NCBI RefSeq assembly: GCF_001194135.2
Contig: NC_068999.1
Coordinates: 54,141,283 to 54,205,282, forward strand
Direction of reading: 5' to 3'
DNA: 64,000 bases
Source of the DNA: Octopus bimaculoides
Lineage: Eukaryota
Position 1 is the first letter of the stretch, and each line of letters opens with the position of its first letter. A program made the translations under genes and the position numbers. Under the pieces are notes generated by a model. The model searched no databases. It saw only the letters and a list, made by a program, of their open reading frames with translations, and was not told where the DNA came from. Shown piece after piece: positions 42,190 through 55,047 of this stretch.

Positions 42190-44940
42190 CCTGCGTAACC
42201 TTACCATGTCACGGGGCCAACCTTATTCGCAGACAGTCTTGATATTCTTGCGGAGACGCTATTCACTATAGATTTTATTACCGCTCTGGGATGATTAGGG
42301 TATCTGTTGACGGACTGCAAGTTTTCATTGGGTTTGTAGTAAGGACTATACAAACTCATGTCAAGGTTCGACGTCACATCTAAGATGTTTGCTACTCTAC
42401 AGTTTCTATCTATTGTAACCGAGAGCCCATAATTACTGAAAAAGGTTCTAATTCTTTTGGTAGTTCTCTCAAGGTTCACTTTAATATACTTGCAGAATGT
42501 GAACAGGGAATCGTTCCTGTATAGTCCGCCTCCTATATCGAGAAAGACTTTATTTGCTGCAATAAGTACAACCCAACCAAGTCGGTGACTCGAGCCGAGT
42601 CACTTGTGCCCATAGTGATATCAAAATTCTCTAGACTATCGTTGCGAGTCCATAGTTTTTCGTCGAAAGAGATTAAGGCTCCTCTAGCAGCTAAAACCAC
42701 ATCTACTTCCTTCCTAGATAAAGATGTGTTATTCATGGCAAAGATCAGAACCTTATTTAGGAGTATCGAGTTAATAGAAGAGTAGTGTGAGCCTACATCA
42801 ATCTGTGTTTTGTGAGGTAACTTACTAAAGCACCGTATAACGTCAGTAGTGTCTGACCAAAGATCCAGTTGTACAAGCTTCCTCAATTTGGGGAGCATTT
42901 TGTCTATAATAATTTTACTTATGTAGCCAATATCCGATTTGCATGGTTTAACCAACCTAACGAGTAATTTGACGAGATAATCCAGTTTGTTGTTTTTTAA
43001 TGTAATCCTTAGTTGTTTAGGTCCACATGGCTCCGTTCTATCTTGAATATTTAGGTAGTCCACGATTTTGTGTCCTTCTAGGTTGATATTATGGAAGGTG
43101 GAATATTGTGTGGAGTTGTATCCCTCATTGAGCTCCTTCCGTACGAGATCCCTGCAGTGGCCAATACTTAAGTTGCATAGGTTGCCGGTCTTATCTGATT
43201 GTACCAGTACTCCCTCGCATTTCTTGAGCTCCTCGATGAGGTCCCTAAGCCTCTAAGCAAATCACATCATCATCATCATCATCGTTTAATGTCCGCCTTC
43301 CATGCTAGCATGGGTTGGACGATTTGACTGAGGACTGGTGAAACCGGATGGCAACACCAGGCTCCAATCTAATTTGGCAGAGTTTCTACAGCTGGATGCC
43401 CTTCCTAACGCCAACCACTCAGAGAGTGTAGTGGGTGCTTTTACGTGTCACCTGCACGAAAACGGCCACGCTCGAAATGGTGTCTTTTATGTGCCACCCG
43501 CACAAGAGCCAGTCCAGGGGCACTGGCAACGATCTCGCTCGAAAAACCTCATGTGTCACCCGCAAGCCGGCCCAGGGGCACCGGCAACGATCTCGCTAAA
43601 TTTTAAGTTCCTAATCATAGCNNNNNNNNNNNNNNNNNNNNNNNNNNNNNNNNNNNNNNNNNNNNNNNNNNNNNNNNNNNNNNNNNNNNNNNNNNNNNNN
43701 NNNNNNNNNNNNNNNNNNNNNNNNNNNNNNNNNNNNNNNNNNNNNNNNNNNNNNNNNNNNNNNNNNNNNNNNNNNNNNNNNNNNNNNNNNNNNNNNNNNN
43801 NNNNNNNNNNNNNNNNNNNNNNNNNNNNNNNNNNNNNNNNNNNNNNNNNNNNNNNNNNNNNNNNNNNNNNNNNNNNNNNNNNNNNNNNNNNNNNNNNNNN
43901 NNNNNNNNNNNNNNNNNNNNNNNNNNNNNNNNNNNNNNNNNNNNNNNNNNNNNNNNNNNNNNNNNNNNNNNNNNNNNNNNNNNNNNNNNNNNNNNNNNNN
44001 NNNNNNNNNNNNNNNNNNNNNNNNNNNNNNNNNNNNNNNNNNNNNNNNNNNNNNNNNNNNNNNNNNNNNNNNNNNNNNNNNNNNNNNNNNNNNNNNNNNN
44101 NNNNNNNNNNNNNNNNNNNNNNNNNNNNNNNNNNNNNNNNNNNNNNNNNNNNNNNNNNNNNNNNNNNNNNNNNNNNNNNNNNNNNNNNNNNNNNNNNNNN
44201 NNNNNNNNNNNNNNNNNNNNNNNNNNNNNNNNNNNNNNNNNNNNNNNNNNNNNNNNNNNNNNNNNNNNNNNNNNNNNNNNNNNNNNNNNNNNNNNNNNNN
44301 NNNNNNNNNNNNNNNNNNNNNNNNNNNNNNNNNNNNNNNNNNNNNNNNNNNNNNNNNNNNNNNNNNNNNNNNNNNNNNNNNNNNNNNNNNNNNNNNNNNN
44401 NNNNNNNNNNNNNNNNNNNNNNNNNNNNNNNNNNNNNNNNNNNNNNNNNNNNNNNNNNNNNNNNNNNNNNNNNNNNNNNNNNNNNNNNNNNNNNNNNNNN
44501 NNNNNNNNNNCCGCTCGAAACATTTCATGTGTCACCCGCACAAGAGCCAGTCCAGGGGCACCGGCAACGATCTCGCTCGAAAGATATCATGTGTCGCCCG
44601 CACATGAGCCAGTCCAGGGGCACTGGCCACGATTCCGCTCTAAAGATTTCATGTGTCGCCCGCACAAGAGCCAGTCCAGGGGCACTGGCATCGATCTCGC
44701 TCGAGAGATATCATGTGTCGCCCGCACATGAGCCAGTCCAGGGGCACTGGCAACGATCTCGCTCGAAAAACCTCATGTGTCACCCGCAAGCCGGCCCAGG
44801 GGCACCGGCAACGATCTCGCTAAATTTTAAGTTCCTAATCATAGCAGTTAATTCATCCTTGAATGCCAGACCATCAGGTCGGGAGAAATTCAGTAGTATC
44901 AGGGACAAGCAGTGTTTAGGTATAAGCGAACTATCGGTTA
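42190..44940 (-). mobile_element. Penelope-like element (PLE) reverse transcriptase remnant, interrupted by a SINE and minisatellite
   Basis: LAFKDELTAMIRNLKF (44820-44870) // RLRDLIEELKKCEGVLVQSDKTGNL...VRLVKPCKSDIGYISKIIID...LWSDTTDVIRCF...FDITMGTSDSARVTDLVGLYLL // ANILDVTSNL...YSPYYKPNENLQSVNRYPNHPRAVIKSI. These correspond to PLE RT motifs (RLINP.KSEIG.ISK, FDVTMGS.DGAE..ELVG, FLDV, Y.PY.KPN, SNHP). Confidence 0.88.
43490..44820. repeat. 62-bp GC-rich minisatellite spanning a gap
   Basis: catgtgtc recurs at 44526, 44588, 44650, 44712 and 44774 (period 62). Unit: catgtgtcrcccgcacawgagccagtccaggggcacyggcaacgatctcgctcgaaa... Confidence 0.95.
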
Positions 44941-45706
44941 GTTAGAATATATACTCGTGACATATTTCAACTTCTCAACGCAAATTTGCTGAAGTTACCA
45001 TGCAGGAAAAAATCTCTCTTATGGTAAAAGGTCAGACAGAGAGCAATCTAAGCAGATATGGTATTTTTACACCTTTACCATAAGAAAGATATCGTTGGAA
45101 TCTACACCATCTGAAGCATATTTGTGGAGAATTTCATTAAAAAATCCATTCTTCTGGAAGTTATGAGGAAACAATGGAGCACATTTGTGTAGATATACAC
45201 TTTGCTTTACTATAAGTAAAAATAAAATTACATTGCTATTGAATGTCTCTATATCGGCTTGCTTCACTGTCATTTTGTATGCAACAATATTTGATTATAT
45301 AATTGCATTGTTATATATAAACAATTCACTTCTTTCATTCGGTTTGCATTAAAAGGGTGACAATAATGTGAATGAGATGGGCTCAAATTTTCCCTTAACA
45401 TAGATAGGATACTGATATTTATGATGGCCTTGTGTTCAGTAACGAATATTAACAGCATTAAAAATAGATCGAAGTGTGCACGTATACATATTTATATATA
45501 TATATATATATCTTTTATCCTTTACTTGTTTCAGTCATTAGACTGTGACCATGCTGGGGCACCACTTTGAGGAATTTTAGTCGAACGTATCGACCCCAGT
45601 ACCTACTATTTTTTAAAGCCTTGTACACATTCCATTGGTCTCTTTTGCTGAACTTCTAAGTTACGGGGACGTAAACACACCAACACCAGTTGTCAAGTAG
45701 GAACAA

Positions 45707-45742
<36 letters not shown>

Positions 45743-46101
45743 TGGGCCCTTTTCAGTTTCCACCTACCAAATCCACTCACAAGGCTTTGGTTGGCCCCAT
45801 GCTAGAATAGAAGGAGGCATGTGGTTGGGAAGCAAACTTCTTTGGCAGTATTTTTGTAGTAATTTCTCATTGCTTTATAAATGCACGTTCTTATGAAATA
45901 ATTGCATTTTATCTTATAGTTCTATTTTACGTTTTCCGCAACTGACATTAGAACTTCCTTCATGTTGCATGTCTCGCCAACGTAATCCTACATACATACC
46001 GTATGTATACTCATACATATATACACCATAGGAATATAAAATACAATGATATCAAATCATTGTAAAGTATGCTATCTTAAAGATAGCGTGTTCGTACTAG
46101 T

Positions 46102-46133
<32 letters not shown>

Positions 46134-46619
46134 AACTGTCCGTCGATGAAATTACAAGATTAGTTTACAGTCTTACGAGGAAGTATCAATATTCGTCAAA
46201 TTAATAGTTATACCAAAGAAAAATTGGGGAAAATGACCTACAAAACCTGTATATTAAGCTAATTGTTCGTTCTCAATCGTACCACGCATCAAAAGGTTTT
46301 ACTCCTGTTCAATGATTGTATAATTAAATTATATACTAAGTTTTGACAATCAACAGTATATGTATTTCTTCCACAATTTTTTTTTTACCTTCTGGCCATG
46401 CGTTAAGAAACTGTCTACATACATTCACCATGTGCTGGTGTCTCACCAGAAACTGTTTTCCGTCATGCAGAAAACAACTTTTATAAAGTTTGTTCTTCCT
46501 TTTTTTATTATCAAGGAAATCCTGGTAGAGCTCGCCATCCCACATAAAATGCTTTCATTTTCCTTTTTTCATCAAGGAAGTCCTGCTTTCGACAAGCTTT
46601 TCTTTTTCTCTTTCTACTA

Positions 46620-47465
46620 TAGGTACAAAGCCCGACATTTCTAGGGTACAAGGCCTGACATTTTTAGGGTCTAGTCTATTACATCGACCCCACTGCTCAG
46701 CTAGTATTTATTTTATCGATCTCGAAAGGATAAAAGGTAAAGCTGATCACGGCGGAATTTACACATAAAACATGGGAAGCTGGAAGAAATGCTGCTAAGC
46801 ATTTTGTCCGACTCACTAACGAATCTTACCAGCTAGCCGCCTTAGATAGAATCCCCCTCTCCCCGGGCAAGACAAGAAACTGCTGAAAAAGTAGATGTAT
46901 CGTCGATAACCATGTCTCAGTATATGTCTGGTAGTGTACTACATTGTGTAGAGATTCCACCAGCACATTGTCTCTCATGAGCATCATTAACCATTTCAAT
47001 TAATATTGGTTTCAAATTTTGGCACAAGGTCAACAATTTCGAGGGAAGTGGGATAGTCGATTACCTCAACCACAATGCTCTAGTGGTTTTTACTTTATCG
47101 ACCCTGAAAGGGGTGAGAGGCATAGTCAACCTCGGCAGAATTTGAGCTCGGAACGTAAAGATAGACGAAATGCCGCTAAGCATTTTGCTCGGCACCTTCA
47201 TCTCAGTTAACATTAGTAATTGCTGTCTCGTCTTTCTCTACCCCCTCTACGCATATGCATTCCTAATTGTTTCATGTATAGGAACAAGATCTGAAATTTG
47301 AGGGAGAGTATACCACTGAGCCCAGTGCTTGATTGCAACTTTATTTTGTTCAAGAGGGGCCAAAGGCAAAATTGACTTCAGTGGGATTTGAACTCCGAGG
47401 GCAAAGAGCCGGAAGAAATTCCGCAAGACATATTCTCAGACGTTGGAACGATTCTTACTCCTACC
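46620..47465 (-). mobile_element. Three SINE family B copies (~46620-46845, 47000-47195, 47260-47465)
   Basis: Each shows ...ggcggaattt/ggcagaatttgagctc...gaaatgccgctaagcattttg. Confidence 0.85.
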
Positions 47466-50124
47466 TGCCTATTTTAATATAATTAGAATCACCATTAATA
47501 TAACTTTTTCTCCACACCAAAGGTGTAAATTTAATTAATTGATACTTCTTGGTTCACTTCATTCACTATTTTATTTTCTTATTCTCATTACTGTATACGT
47601 CTTCTAAAGTCCTAAGAGAGCTTTAAGGTTAATGTTTTGCGCAGATTTGTTTGTAGCATTAAGTGAATGAATGAAACACATTTCTCTGGACAGAACTTTG
47701 GCCTATTATAAGCAACATTCCCCAAAGCATTCGGGTATCCTTTCCCCCTGACAAATAACTAAACTGAAGTGTGTAAGATTAAACATCCAGTACCGAATAC
47801 GCAATGACACGCTTCAATTCGAAGACTGCACAAACGAACACAGGGGCAACTTCAGGTATGCACTGAGTCAAGAATATCTAGAAAATGCCTGTTAGGTGTG
47901 CTTTTTCAAAGTTCATCTCTTCGACTGTGCGTCAAGTCCTGGATCAAGTATAGATCAATGTTAAATGGTGGCAGGGTGTTAGGCGCTCACAGTACTTTAG
48001 TATGAGTCGAGCAATTGCTGCTAAAGAAAAAAAATCAAGCCTTGTATTCTATATGAAGATGAATGGGGGACTCAGGGACGCTAGCCGCACGGAAACAAAT
48101 AGTAAAGTGAGTGGTAAAATAGTGATTTAAACACTGATTAAAAAAAAAAAATTCGGTAAAGAGTGAAGCTTTTAGGATTTATATGAAGCGTGGAAGGTTT
48201 AAAAAAAAAAAATACAAAATTTGTTTCCTAATCGCATGAATTCGCGTTTAAAAACCGAACACTCAGAATTTTTTACCTGAATCCCAGCAATCGACCACTC
48301 TTGGGTGCATCATCATTCCATTAAATGTATTTATGGTGAGAAAAAAAAGACTGAAAAACATCAATATAAGTTAGAGTGACAAAGAAACGAGGAAGGTATC
48401 AGGTGGTCGTGAGATGTGCTAAAAATAACGGGCAAATCGCGCTTAAATCACACATTAATTTTGTTGTTGTTGTTTGCATAATCCCGTGTATAGAATACAA
48501 ATTCGGAAAAATTTTCTGAAAATTCCAAAAAATAAAAAGTGATGACGGATTATATGGGGTGCTTAAACTAGAATTCCGCCAGAAGTGGCGCTAACAGGCT
48601 CTGACTACGTACACATAATATGTAGAGTACTTACAATACGCAAGAAAACAGTGCAAACAACACTAGCAACCGATAAACACTGCCCTTATCTAAGTCATAG
48701 AAAGCTAAACAGAGCTAAATCTAATCATATGTAACCCTGTTACGTAATGAAAGCGTGTAATAAACAAGACTACCGAATTAATAATTACTCGCAAGACACG
48801 TGGAAATACTTCGTTTTTATATTTTGGTGCATAAATTTATAGATCTCCACAACGTTGTTACCTTATGTTAAAGATTTTGGTTACGCGTTCTATATTGTTC
48901 AGTAGTTAAGGTTGTTTAAAGTATAACACTAACAAATACTGCGATGTAACAAATACTATGGATGATTTCTAACTACAGCATACAGGTCATACATTCTGGT
49001 CATTCCTGACCGATACTGGCTTTTCGATACTCTCTCCACCTTGCATCGGAAAAATGAAAGGAAATGTTGACATGCTAAAATTTGAATTCAAAGCGTAAAG
49101 ATGTAAACAAATACCGCAATGTCTCGATCTGTAACGATTTTGCACAATATTAATTACAGCGAAAATTAACCGAGTAATTAAATCTTTCTCTCTCTCTCGT
49201 TCTCTTTCTCTCTCGTTCTCTCTCTGTGTCTGTCTGTCTCTCTCTCTCACCCAAACACACGCACATTATACATACTCGTACGAGGAAGTCATAATTGCAA
49301 GAAATAGCACCCGAATCTCCATCTTCATCAAATCACACCTTATTGTCTTAACAAAAATAAGAAAGAACGAAAGAAAGAAAGAAACAAAGAAAAGAAAAGA
49401 AAAGAAACGGAAAAGGACCCATTTAACAATGTGATCCTAGATACAGAATCTGAATGCCCTTCAACCACCCCACCACAAAGACCAGATTGATAAGGCTTAA
49501 ACACTTATTGATCATAACTGTACTGGATCAGAGCTAACCAGGGGCTAAATTACAGCATGTAAAAACAATAACAATATGAAAGACAAGAACACCGCCAAAA
49601 ACAAAGTCATTCTCACCTGAGTTGGTTCTTCAGTGAATTCTGCAAGCAGACGATAAATTAATGGCCGGTACGAAATCGTCTGCCGTTTGCTGTCTGTCGT
49701 CTGCCACAGTGACTGTTTTCTTAATAAAATATTTCTTTGGAAGAGAAAAGTGATAATGAGAAAAATATCTTGGTTGTGGGGGAGGTTGTCATGCCGTATC
49801 TACATTTAATCCTGGTTGGAGTACACACCTAGTCACATGCACAGCATACGTCCGTCTACACATACTTTCATTGTATATATATATATATACGTGAATGTGT
49901 GTGTGTGTGTGCAGAAGTACATATGGTCACTCACATAAACAATAAACACACACATACACAAATACATGCACACTAGCATATGCGCTTACATTGAAGCTCT
50001 TACACGTATACATGCAGTCGGTTTAAAGTATACGTATGTATGCATGTAAATATATGTGTATGTGTATACACATATATGTTTGCATACATACATACACACA
50101 TACATACTTACACGCACACGCATG

Positions 50125-50211
<87 letters not shown>

Positions 50212-50711
50212 TTGTGTGTATTTATTATTCATAATTTTTTACCCATTCAGTTGGACACACACACACACAAATGTGTATGCATGTATACATAAACTCGTTC
50301 ACATACATACAAACATACATGTAAACATGCACAAACAGATAATTCATACATACGTGCATACATACATACATACATACATACATATAACTTTTTTCTTTGT
50401 TTCACAAACACGTTTCTATATAACGACATATCTTGCATTATCTTACATCTATATTCATGTAACCCTCTTTGTCTCACTGGCCGTTTCTTTCTCTCTCTCT
50501 CTCTCTCTTCTCTTCTCTGTCAAACGCACGCACCAGCTTATACTAAATATTTACTTATTCACTGATATCGTCAGACTTACACTCACACATCTACAATAGT
50601 AAAATCTACAGTGCAATAGAAAAGAAAGATATTGAGAGTGAGAGGAGAGAGAAAAAGATAGAAGGAAGGCGAAAATAGATAGATAGAAAGATAGATAGAT
50701 AGGTAGGTAGG

Positions 50712-50758
<47 letters not shown>

Positions 50759-50856
50759 GAAAGATAGATAGATAGATAGGTAGGTAGATAGGTAGATAGA
50801 TAGATAGATAGGTAGGTAGATAGGTAGATAGATAGATAGATAGATAAGATAGATAG

Positions 50857-50894
<38 letters not shown>

Positions 50895-51440
50895 GTAGAT
50901 AGATAGATAGATAGATGGGCAGACAGACAGATAGATATAAAGAACGATCGATAGATAGATACGTTGACAAAGGAAGAGGGTATGCCTGAGCTTATACACA
51001 TAGGCGTTCTGACAATAAAGGTGTTTCGCGGAAATATAATCTAATCTACCTGATCCCTCCAAGACCAAACCTGGTTCTGAAGGCCACCACTAAAGCAGTC
51101 AGAACTCCTTATAGTAAAATATACCGGAATAGTTGAAGGAATTCCAATATTTCCAGCTGTTTTAGTGGTGGTTCTGAGATTCTGGTCTGGTGTGGAAATA
51201 GTCAAAAAGAGTTAAATTGTTTTTTTTATCCAAATAATGCGCGCGCACACACATTCACGCGCGCGCGAGAGAGTTAGCTAATGGTTCGGTGAAGTACTCA
51301 GTGCGAACATAGAGTGCTGTAGTTGACTTAGGCCGGTGCCTTGAGTCTTTCTGTTGCTTCTGTTAAATATTAATAAAAAAAATATACATATACTCATAGT
51401 TTAAGTTCTATTTTTCCTGTTTGTAACAACATACTTGCAT

Positions 51441-51875
51441 AGGTGCAGGAGTGACTGTTGTGGGAAGAAGCTTGTTTCCCATCCACATGGTTCCGGGTTC
51501 AGTCCCACTGTGTGGCATCTTGGACAAGTGTCTTCTGCTTTAGCCTCGGGCCGACCAAAGCCTTGTGAGTGGATTTAGTAGACGGAAACTGAATGAAGCC
51601 CATCGTATATATATATATGTGTTTGTGTGTGTGTGTGTGTGTGCGTGTGTGTGTGTGTATTTGTGTGTCCGTGTTTGTCCCCCCCCCCCACACTATAGCA
51701 TGACAACCGATTTTGGTGTATTTACGTCCCCGTAACTAGCAGTTCGGCAAAAGAGACCGATGGAAAAAGTTCTAGGCTTACAAAGAATAAGTCCTGGGGT
51801 CGATTTGTTCGACTAAAGGCGGTGCTCCAGCATGGTCGCAGTCAAATGACTGAAACAAGTAAAAGAATAAAAGAA
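51441..51875 (+). mobile_element. SINE family A, full-length copy
   Basis: tRNA-like head with B-box-like GGTTCAGTCCC (51496-51506), ...cttggacaagtgtcttc..., central (TA)/(TG) tract, ggcggtgctccagcatgg..cagtcaaatgactgaaacaagtaaaagaataaaaga tail. Confidence 0.92.
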
Positions 51876-52522
51876 TATATATATGTATATGTATCTTCAG
51901 TACATACACACACATACACAACACACACACATACACACACATACACGCACATGCACACAGAGGATGTAAACTAGCAAAGTTAAAATTTTAGCGACCGGTT
52001 CACTTAGCTGGCAAATTTCTTTTTAAAACCGGTTCGTGTAGACACGAATATTTTAAGCACAGTTTCTGCATAAAAATTCCGAATTTGGCCATGTCATTTC
52101 ACTTCATTAGGATATAGTGTAAAATCCAGTGTTTGAAGGAACTAGTGATAGTCTATGACTGCAAAAATGCGGCAGAGGTTCAAATAGATGGTGAAGTTTA
52201 TTGTGAGGATTGTAGAATATACCGTTTCACTGATTTGGCAAAAACTGAAGCTGATAGATCGATTTGGTGGATAGACGGGTCACCAGAGAAGAAAGATGGT
52301 GCGAAAGGATGAGAAACAAATAAGGGGAGCTGGTAAAGGCGAAGGATAAAAGAAAATGAAGAAAAGGATAGACACATTCTCCATGCAACCACAAAATGAA
52401 ATACATTGTGTCAAGTTAATGTGTTGTAGGGAGAAAATGATAGGAAACTAGATAATACACAGGGCCAGATTAAGACCCATTGAGGTTAGGGACCTCAAAG
52501 ATTTTGGTACCTCGTATATATA

Positions 52523-53742
52523 TATTGGGTTGGCAAGAAAATCATTTCGTTTTTTTGCAAGCAGACTGAGTTACGATTTTTTAAAATGACTTTAGTTAAT
52601 GTTATAATTTTTTCCTTTGACAATTTGATAGCCGTTACTTTTAGCTTACTTTAGAAGCAAATTGCGCGTAATTTTGTTTACAGCTGCTAGTTCAGCGTCA
52701 ATTTTAATATGAAGAGCAAAAACAAACATTTTCGCCATATTTTGCTTTTTATTATTTTATTATTTCTGTAAAGGCAAGAAAGCTGCTGAGGCTCACAAAG
52801 AGATATGTGAAGTTTATGGTGTCGATTGCTTAACAGGACGCACATTTCAGAAATGATTTTCAAAATTCCGTTCTGGAGATTTTTCACTCAAAGATGACCA
52901 ACGTTCTGGTCGACCTACTGAAATTGATGATGACCGAATCAAAGGCATAGTTGAATCTGATTGTCACATAACTGTGCGAGAGATTGCAGAGAGGTAAAAT
53001 GTATCACATACAATTGAAAATCACTTAAAATGTCTTGGACTCTTTAAGAAGCTCGATATTTGGATTCCACATAAATCAAAAGAGATTCACTTAACACAAC
53101 GAATCAATATTTGTGATATGCATCTCAAACGCAATGATATCGACCTTTTTTCAAATGAATCATCACTGGTGATGAAAATGGATTGTCAACAATAACATCA
53201 ATCGAAAACGATCGAGGTCCAAGCATAATGAACCAGTACAAACCACATTGAAAGCTGAATTGCATCAAAAAAAGGTCACGCCGTCAATTTGGTGGGATTA
53301 CAAAGGTGTTGTGTATTTTGAGCTGCTTCCAAGGAATCAAACGATCAATTCAGATGTCTACTGTCAACAACTAATGAAACTGGAGGAAGCAATCAAAGAA
53401 AAACGGCCAGAATTAGCAAATCGTGAAGTAAACATATTCCACCATGACAGCGCTAGACCACATACGTCTTTGCTAACTTGTGAAAAATTATTGGAGCTTG
53501 GTTGGGAAGTGATGTCACATTCATCATATAGCCCTGACCTTGCACCATCAGATTAACATTTATTTCGAATTTTGCAAAATTCTTTGAATAGTAAAACTTT
53601 CAATAATGATGATGACCTGAAATCGCACTTGCTTCAGTTTTTGGCTGATAAGAACCAGAAGTTCTATGTGCGCGAAATCATGAAGTTGCCAGAAAGATGG
53701 CAAAAGGTCATTGAACAAAATGGAAAATATATAATTGATTAA
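52523..53742 (+). mobile_element. Mariner transposon, near-complete transposase pseudogene (ATG 52709, stop 53742); left TIR present, right TIR not seen
   Basis: TA|ttgggttggcaagaaaatcatttcgttttt; FRHILLF...KFRSGDFSLKDDQRSGRP...WIPH...(I)ITGDE...WWDYKGVVYFELL...FHHDSARPH...YSPDLAPSD*; several stops and frameshifts. Confidence 0.95.
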
Positions 53743-54849
53743 AGTTCATTCTTTGTCCATATGTTTGCATTTGCTGAAAATTTCTGATCTTTGATTCAAC
53801 AGTGCGGTGGAATTCTTAGGTCTAAAAAAGATATGCGATCTTTCAGTTACGTATAACTTGCATTATTATAACCCAATGACATAAAACAAGGAATTTTTTT
53901 TACGATTTTCCACTTGATTGTGTGTGGCGTGGAGTTGGTTTTCAAACCCTGTACGTGACTAGCCAACTTAGTGGCTTTACTTTTGTCCATGTGCTGGTAA
54001 GAAGAACCACCTATCTATGTGGTAGAAAGGATCGATACAAGAATATTTGATATAGGATTTACATGTATATATTGAACGTGTAGCGAAATCCCAGCTGAAA
54101 TTTGAACATAGCTTTCAGATTTTTCCAATCAAGAATCACGAACTAATGTATCTCCATAAAAGATATTAACACCTATGTGAATATGAATCATCCAATCAGC
54201 ACTGGTCGACACAGCAAGCTTCAAAGTAAGACAGCTAGTTTTCCCGCCAAACAGTTTGACCGAAGAGTCTAGAAGCTGGCTTACAGCTCTAAAAGCTGGC
54301 AAATTTCACTTCAGAATAGAGAGCCGCTCTATGTCATTTGTCGCAGCGAGCTGGTCTCTCTCCCTATGTGTCACTTATGTAGCATGCTTATATCGTATTC
54401 GACAAAAGGCACCAACCTTAACTTGTAGTGTAGAGTAACGAACACTAATTATACGTGATGGCTTAAATTCCTTACACTACTTTCATAGTATTACCCAGTA
54501 AGTTATATACAGAAGTTCACTAAATGTTATGGTTGTTGACTGTTGTTCTTTCAATTTTTTTAGACGTATACTAGTAAATGTAAACAATGTGGAATAATAA
54601 AATATTTGACAACTCAAACTTTAGTAGGATCATTGCCTACACCTGCAACCGACCTCACTTTGTGAAAAGCCAGCGAAAAATGTGTGATTGATCACTGCAC
54701 TAAAAATACTTTACATTGTGTTTCACATTAAATCGGCCTGCATGTAATGCAGGCCGATTTAATCTGAGACACAAGATGCTTACGCGTGTGGAATTAGCAA
54801 CTTAACATCGGGACTGATCCTGTTTCTACAAATCGAACTCGCGACTCGT

Positions 54850-55047
54850 TTCTTCAGCCAATTTCGGAGGAGGGGACTTGTAGATTACATCGATCGCAGT
54901 ATTCAACTGGTACTTATTTTGTCGAACCGGAAAGGATGAAAGGCAAAACTGACCACGGCGGAATTTGAACTCAGAACTTAGAGACGGACGAAATGCCGCT
55001 AAGCATTTCCCCCGGTGCACTAACAATCCTGCCACCTCACCGCCTTA
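54850..55047 (-). mobile_element. SINE family B copy, CpG-rich
   Basis: ...ctgaccacggcggaatttgaactcagaac...gacggacgaaatgccgctaagcatttcccccgg... Confidence 0.88.

Noticed and set aside
44511-44820. Regular 62-bp repeats superficially like a CRISPR array
   Set aside because: Units are head-to-tail tandem copies with only point variation and no unique spacers; no cas genes; eukaryotic context.
43338-44945. 535-aa ORF and other long ORFs spanning N runs (12397-12807, 24499-25049, 28294-28719, 36056-36706, 55452-56686)
   Set aside because: Length comes from X codons in assembly gaps and flanking microsatellites or minisatellite.
47790-47870. Possible plus-strand exon (cag|taccgaat...ttcag|gtatgc) open in two frames
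   Set aside because: Weak polypyrimidine tract, no partner exons, no recognisable peptide.
48565-48590. ccgccagaagtggcgct as a CTCF site
   Set aside because: Two extra bases break the core spacing.
51441-51520. tRNA-like A/B-box sequences at SINE heads (also 9778, 27065, 38830)
   Set aside because: No complete cloverleaf; they continue into SINE bodies, so they are not tRNA genes.
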